This document shows, one piece after another, positions 59,563-64,000 of a stretch of DNA of 64,000 bases. Within the stretch, counting starts at the first letter, position 1; the number at the start of each line of letters is the position of its first letter. A program made the position numbers and the translations under genes. The DNA is taken from NCBI RefSeq assembly GCF_905210055.1, contig NZ_CAJLVH010000001.1; one strand, 5' to 3'. The stretch is from an uncultured Enorma sp. GTDB taxonomy: Bacteria > Actinomycetota > Coriobacteriia > Coriobacteriales > Coriobacteriaceae. The notes beneath the pieces were generated by a model, which was not told the DNA's origin, made no database searches, and saw nothing but the letters and a program-made list of their open reading frames with translations.

Positions 59563-60909
59563 ATGGCACGCACAGTTATGGATGCGCGTGAAGAATCGCA
59601 GCGCTTGGCGCCGCGCCAGACGCTTTTTGTGGGCGTGACGCTCTTCTCGATGTTCTTCGGCGCGGGGAACCTTATCTTGCCTCCGCTGTTGGGTGTGCAG
59701 GCAGGAACGTCTGTGCTGCCGGCGTTCGGCGGCTTTCTCCTTACCGGTGTGGGGTTGCCGGTGCTCGGTATCGTAGCGGTTGCGCTCGCCGGCACCGTCC
59801 GCGAGCTCGTCGACCGCGTGCACCCTGTGTTCTCCCACATCTTCGTGGCAGCGGTGTATTTAGCGATCGGGCCGTGTCTTGCCATTCCCCGCACGTCATC
59901 CACGGCGTTCGAGATGCTGGCCCCGCTCTTGCCCGAAGGAACCCCGCTCGAGACGGTGCGCCTGGTGTTCTCCGTCGCGTTTTTCGCAGTTGCCTACCTG
60001 CTCGCCATGCACCCCGGCAGGCTCACGCGCTTTCTGGGCAAGATTACCGGTCCCGCGCTCATCCTGCTTATCGTCGCCGTAGTCGGTGCGGCACTTGCCT
60101 CGTTCGCAAGCGGGGGAGTCGCCGCCGCGCCCGCTCCCTCGGCGCCCTACGATGCCAATGCGCCCGTCCAGGGCTTCCTGACCGGATACCAGACGATGGA
60201 CCTCCTTGCCTCCCTTACATTCGGCATCGTGATCGCCACGAACATCAACGCGCTCGGCGTGACCGAGCCCGGGCGCGTCATGCGTACGGTGTGCGTTGCA
60301 GGCGTTATCGCAGGTGTGCTGCTCGTTGCCGTGTACGGCGGCCTGTGTTTGGTGGGCGCGGAGCTTTCCGCCCCGCTCGCAGGCGCCTCGAACGGCGCGG
60401 TGGTCATCACGGCCTCCGCAACGCTGCACTTTGGCGCGGTGGGAACGGTGGTCGTCGCGGCGATCTTCCTGCTCGCATGCCTGAACGTGTGCACGGGGCT
60501 TATCAGCTGCTGCGGCACGTATTTCGCCGAAGAGCTGCCGCGCGTGCCCTACCGTGGGTGGGCAGCCGCCTTCGCCGTGGTTTCATGCATCATCTCGAAC
60601 TTCGGGCTCGATGCGATTCTCGCGTTCTCGGTTCCGCTGCTCAACGCTCTATATCCCATGGCGATCTGCCTTGTCGCCATGGGCATGCTGCACCGCGCGT
60701 GTGACCGTGTGCCGCTCGTCTGGCTCTTCGTGATCGTATTCGTAGGCGTGGTGAGCGCTTGTTCCGCCGTGCGCGACGCATTCGCACCGGCGGTATGGTT
60801 GCCGTTCGACGCGTTGCCGCTCGCCGACATGGGCCTCGGCTGGATCGCCCCCGCACTCGTGGGCGCCGCTGTGGGCGTGGTGGCATCGAAGCTCTGCAGC
60901 GCAAAATGA
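59563..60909 (+). CDS. brnQ: Branched-chain amino acid carrier
   Basis: LFSMFFGAGNLI.PP, GPCLAIPRT, GYQTMD, LACL. Confidence 0.95.
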   Translation: MARTVMDAREESQRLAPRQTLFVGVTLFSMFFGAGNLILPPLLGVQAGTSVLPAFGGFLLTGVGLPVLGIVAVALAGTVRELVDRVHPVFSHIFVAAVYLAIGPCLAIPRTSSTAFEMLAPLLPEGTPLETVRLVFSVAFFAVAYLLAMHPGRLTRFLGKITGPALILLIVAVVGAALASFASGGVAAAPAPSAPYDANAPVQGFLTGYQTMDLLASLTFGIVIATNINALGVTEPGRVMRTVCVAGVIAGVLLVAVYGGLCLVGAELSAPLAGASNGAVVITASATLHFGAVGTVVVAAIFLLACLNVCTGLISCCGTYFAEELPRVPYRGWAAAFAVVSCIISNFGLDAILAFSVPLLNALYPMAICLVAMGMLHRACDRVPLVWLFVIVFVGVVSACSAVRDAFAPAVWLPFDALPLADMGLGWIAPALVGAAVGVVASKLCSAK

Positions 60910-60935
60910 ACCCAGCGTGCCATGAACGGCCCACA

Positions 60936-61020
60936 GTAAAAAGACCCCCATCGACTTTTTTACATGGCTCGATGCCCCTCTCACCAAGAATCCTTTTCAG
61001 GCCATGTAAAAAAGACGCTG
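60936..61020. repeat. Family A-related palindromic doublet
   Basis: catcgacttttttacatggc / gccatgtaaaaaagacgctg; left arm matches 4222-4253 in reverse. Confidence 0.7.
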
Positions 61021-61170
61021 CGACAAAGTTACGGGGCGCATTTGTATGCGCTCACCGAAACGATGCCGGCGGCCACCGCGCGCCGTGCCACAATGGCAGA
61101 TGGTTGAAATCTGCGTGCGCTGACGCATGGGCATGCGGCGCGCCCGATGGCTTCGTGAAAGGACGGCAAC

Positions 61171-62133
61171 ATGGCGGCGAACGACAAGCTTTTCATCGGT
61201 CTCGACGTGGGCGGCACCTCCGTTAAGATGGGGCTTTTTGACGAACAGGGCGAATTGGTGGGTCGCGGGAGCGTGCCCACGCCGCCGCTCATCGATTCCG
61301 ACGGCTACGCCGCTGTGACGGGCGGCATCACGAACGTCCTCGCCGCCGCGAGCGCTCAGGTCGAAAACGTCTACGGCATCGGCCTCGCCATCCCGTGTCC
61401 CGTGCCAGCGGACGGCGTCATTCGCATGCAGGCGAACATCCAGATCAATGCGCCCGGTCTCGAGGCAGCGCTCAAGCGCCATTGCCCCAATGCGACGGTC
61501 AAGTTCGAAAACGACGCGAATGCCGCCGCCATGGGCGAGTTGTGGGCAGGCGCGGCGCGCGGCCGCACGAGCTGCGTGTTCGTGACGATTGGCACGGGCG
61601 TGGGCGGTGGCATCGTCGTCGACGGACACGTGGTCTCGGGTATCGCGGGCGCGGGCGGCGAGATCGGTCATCTCTGCATGAATCCAGACGAAGAGCGCAC
61701 CTGCGGCTGCGGTGGCAAGGGCCATCTCGAGCAGTACGCGTCTGCAACTGGCATCGTGACGAGCTATCTCAATGAATGCGAGAAGCGCGGTAGCCAGCCC
61801 GTGGAGCTCGATGGCCCCTCGGACTCCCGTTCCGTGTTTGCGGCCGCGAAGGCGGGCGACGAGGCCGCGTGGGCAGCCATCGACATCATGTGCGACTACC
61901 TGGGTCGCGCGCTTTCCATGATCGCGAACGTGGTCGATCCTGAGGCGTTCGTGCTGGGTGGCGGCACCTCGAATTCGTCCAACCTGTTCATGGACCGGCT
62001 CGAGGCGAGTTATCGGCGTTATGCCATCACCGTCACCGCGGACAAACCCATCGAGATTGCCTCGCTCAGCAACGACGCCGGCATCTACGGCGCGGCGTAC
62101 GTGGCGCTGCAGGCACAGGAGGATGCGCGCTAG
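61171..62133 (+). CDS. ROK family glucokinase
   Basis: GLDVGGT, ENDANAAA, TIGTGVGGG, GEIGH, CGCG..GHLEQYAS. Confidence 0.93.
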   Translation: MAANDKLFIGLDVGGTSVKMGLFDEQGELVGRGSVPTPPLIDSDGYAAVTGGITNVLAAASAQVENVYGIGLAIPCPVPADGVIRMQANIQINAPGLEAALKRHCPNATVKFENDANAAAMGELWAGAARGRTSCVFVTIGTGVGGGIVVDGHVVSGIAGAGGEIGHLCMNPDEERTCGCGGKGHLEQYASATGIVTSYLNECEKRGSQPVELDGPSDSRSVFAAAKAGDEAAWAAIDIMCDYLGRALSMIANVVDPEAFVLGGGTSNSSNLFMDRLEASYRRYAITVTADKPIEIASLSNDAGIYGAAYVALQAQEDAR

Positions 62134-62140
62134 AACCGCT

Positions 62141-62181
62141 CGGATGTCCCAAAAAGGGACAGGAGCGTTTTGGGACATCCG
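62141..62181. repeat. GGGAC-loop stem-loop repeat (family B) copy 3, between convergent genes
   Basis: cggatgtcccaaaa-AGGGACAGGAGCG-ttttgggacatccg. Confidence 0.85.
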
Positions 62182-62187
62182 CCTGGG

Positions 62188-62868
62188 TTAGAGCTGGTCG
62201 AAGTAATCGGGGAAGGCGTCGGTCACGGCGCGATACTCGGAGAACATGAGGTGCGCGTGCGCGATGGCGAGGAAGTTCGCTTCCTCGGGGTCGCGATCCA
62301 TGATTGCCTGGAGCATCTGGTGATGCTGGGTCATGATGTTGCTCCAGTCGAGACCCTTCACTTGCGTGCGAAGCCAGCGGAACCGCTGGAGGTGCGTGTT
62401 GTGGGCCTCGAGCGTCGTCCAGATGGTATGGCGGCCGGCGATGTTGAAGATCGCCTGGTGGAATTCGTTGTCGTATTCGAAGAACGCGCGGGCATCGTTC
62501 GCAGTGAGGGCTTTCTCCTGTGCAGCGATGATCTTCTCGAAGGTCGCCTTCCCCTCGTCGGTGAGTCGGGCGCAGCATTCCCTGATGACGCAGCTCTCGA
62601 GGTGTTCGCGCATGAAGCGTGCGTCTTCAGCGCGGTGCAGGTCGATGCGCGAGACGTACGTGCCGCTTTGCGGAATGGTGTAGACGAGGCCGAGCTCAGA
62701 GAGCCGCACGAGCGCCTCGCGCACCGGCGTGCGACCAAGAGCGAACTGTTCTTCCAGATCGCGAACCGAGAGCTTCTGCCCGGGCGTGAGGTCGCAGTAG
62801 ATGATGTCTTGCCGCAGCTTGTGATAGGCGATATGGGAAAGCGGCTGGTAGCCTGAGTTCTCGGTCAT
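62188..62868 (-). CDS. GntR family regulator, FCD subfamily
   Basis: LTPGQKLS, GRTPVREAL, PQSGTYV, DNEFH, QH..H. Confidence 0.92.
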   Translation of the reverse strand: MTENSGYQPLSHIAYHKLRQDIIYCDLTPGQKLSVRDLEEQFALGRTPVREALVRLSELGLVYTIPQSGTYVSRIDLHRAEDARFMREHLESCVIRECCARLTDEGKATFEKIIAAQEKALTANDARAFFEYDNEFHQAIFNIAGRHTIWTTLEAHNTHLQRFRWLRTQVKGLDWSNIMTQHHQMLQAIMDRDPEEANFLAIAHAHLMFSEYRAVTDAFPDYFDQL

Positions 62869-63090
62869 GATATGCCTTTCGTGGTGCGGCCAGGCGCGAG
62901 AGGTGGCAATTCGCGACCCCATTTTAGCGCACTGTTATACCAGTTTGGTTTACCAAGCACATTCGGCGGCGCATTTCGGATGCGCGCGATGCAGGGCGCT
63001 CGGTGTCCGATCTGCGACGTAGACGGGGTTGCTTATTGCTCTTCTAGGTGCATGGTCGCGGAGGGACCGAGAACCCCGGAATACGACAAG

Positions 63091-63206
63091 TGATATATCA
63101 ACTGATAATAGAACGCTACTCAGCGGTGAGAATCGACTGTCTACAAATGAATAATCAGGAAAAATGCTTGCGTGCGTTTGAGCGGGTTTCAATCTGATAT
63201 ATTAGA
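63091..63206. promoter_or_regulatory. Two putative GntR operators
   Basis: Palindrome TGATATATCA (63091-63100) and TCTGATATATTAGA (63193-63206) between divergent regulator and dehydrogenase. Confidence 0.6.
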
Positions 63207-63319
63207 CACTAGTTCGCTTTGGGGGAGACGATTCTCCATTTCGGCTGGTATCCAGCATCAACGTGGATGGTATCGAAGAGGCGCGTGTGCCGCGGCTTCG
63301 AACGATGGGAGTTGTTCGT

Positions 63320-64000
63320 ATGGTTTCGCTGAAGCAATGGCAGCAGTCCCGTGATGAACTTGCGAATATGGGGGTGAAGCTCCCCGCATTCGACGTCGAC
63401 GCCACCCGCGAGGCCGGCTTGAAGCAGCCACGTTGGATCCATTTCGGCGGCGGTAACCTCTACCGCGCCTTCCATGCCGAGATCGCCCAGGATGTCATGG
63501 ATGCTGGCGAGCTCGATCGCGGCCTCGTGGTGGTCGAGACGTTCAGCCCCTTCACCATCGATGAGGTCTACGCGCCCTACGACCAGAACATCCTGCAGGT
63601 CATCATGCATGAGGATGGCACGCTCGACGAGCGCGTCCTTGCGAGCACCGCGGCATCGTTTTTCTGCAACACCAAGCGCCCAGAGCACTATGAGCAGGTC
63701 AAGGCCTACTTTGAGAGCGACGAGCTGCAGCTTGCCACCTTCACCATTACGGAGAAGGGCTATGCCCTCAAGAACGCTGCGGGTGAGTTTTTCGGCTACG
63801 TGGCCGACGAGATCGCGAACGGTCCTGCGGCAGCGGCGAGTACCATGGGCATCGTCGCGGCGCTCCTGCTTGCACGCTATAATGCCAGCGCTGCTCCTAT
63901 TGCCCTCGTTTCGACCGATAACTTCTCGCAGAACGGCCGCCGCTTCCGCGACGCCGTCCTTGCCGTGGCCGAGGGCTGGCTCAAGGCTGGCCATGTTGAG
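63320..64000 (+). CDS. Mannitol dehydrogenase family protein (fructuronate reductase-like), runs off window end
   Basis: Manual translation MVSLKQWQ..PRWIHFGGGNLYRAFHA..TFTITEKGY..VSTDNFSQNG. Confidence 0.88.
   Translation, partial: MVSLKQWQQSRDELANMGVKLPAFDVDATREAGLKQPRWIHFGGGNLYRAFHAEIAQDVMDAGELDRGLVVVETFSPFTIDEVYAPYDQNILQVIMHEDGTLDERVLASTAASFFCNTKRPEHYEQVKAYFESDELQLATFTITEKGYALKNAAGEFFGYVADEIANGPAAAASTMGIVAALLLARYNASAAPIALVSTDNFSQNGRRFRDAVLAVAEGWLKAGHVE

Overview
GC-rich bacterial chromosomal window, most likely a Coriobacteriaceae (Collinsella/Enorma-like) gut actinobacterium; this is inferred from gene content and style, not searched. It is mostly housekeeping: serS, purH, pcrA, dxs, pfkA, proC, xpt-pbuX, uppP, brnQ, gluQ, ROK glucokinase, three tRNAs and SRP RNA. 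It also holds several ABC transporters, two two-component systems and a 12-kb very GC3-rich peptide/amide utilisation operon (two amidohydrolases, one apparently catalytically dead, a prolyl oligopeptidase and an Opp/Dpp ABC system with two Tat lipoprotein binding proteins and a frameshifted permease). No transposase, integrase, prophage or CRISPR array is visible. The most unusual signal is non-coding: several families of dispersed palindromic REP/REPIN-like elements. One family has a conserved 13-nt RGGGACRGG loop on sequence-variable stems and sits in frame inside two proteins, including a perfect 42-bp inverted repeat in pcrA. Other notable items are a TadA-glycerate kinase fusion, a tRNA-linked repeat carrying a tRNA-Ala 3' end, a LexA-box-preceded hypothetical gene and two candidate structured RNAs.
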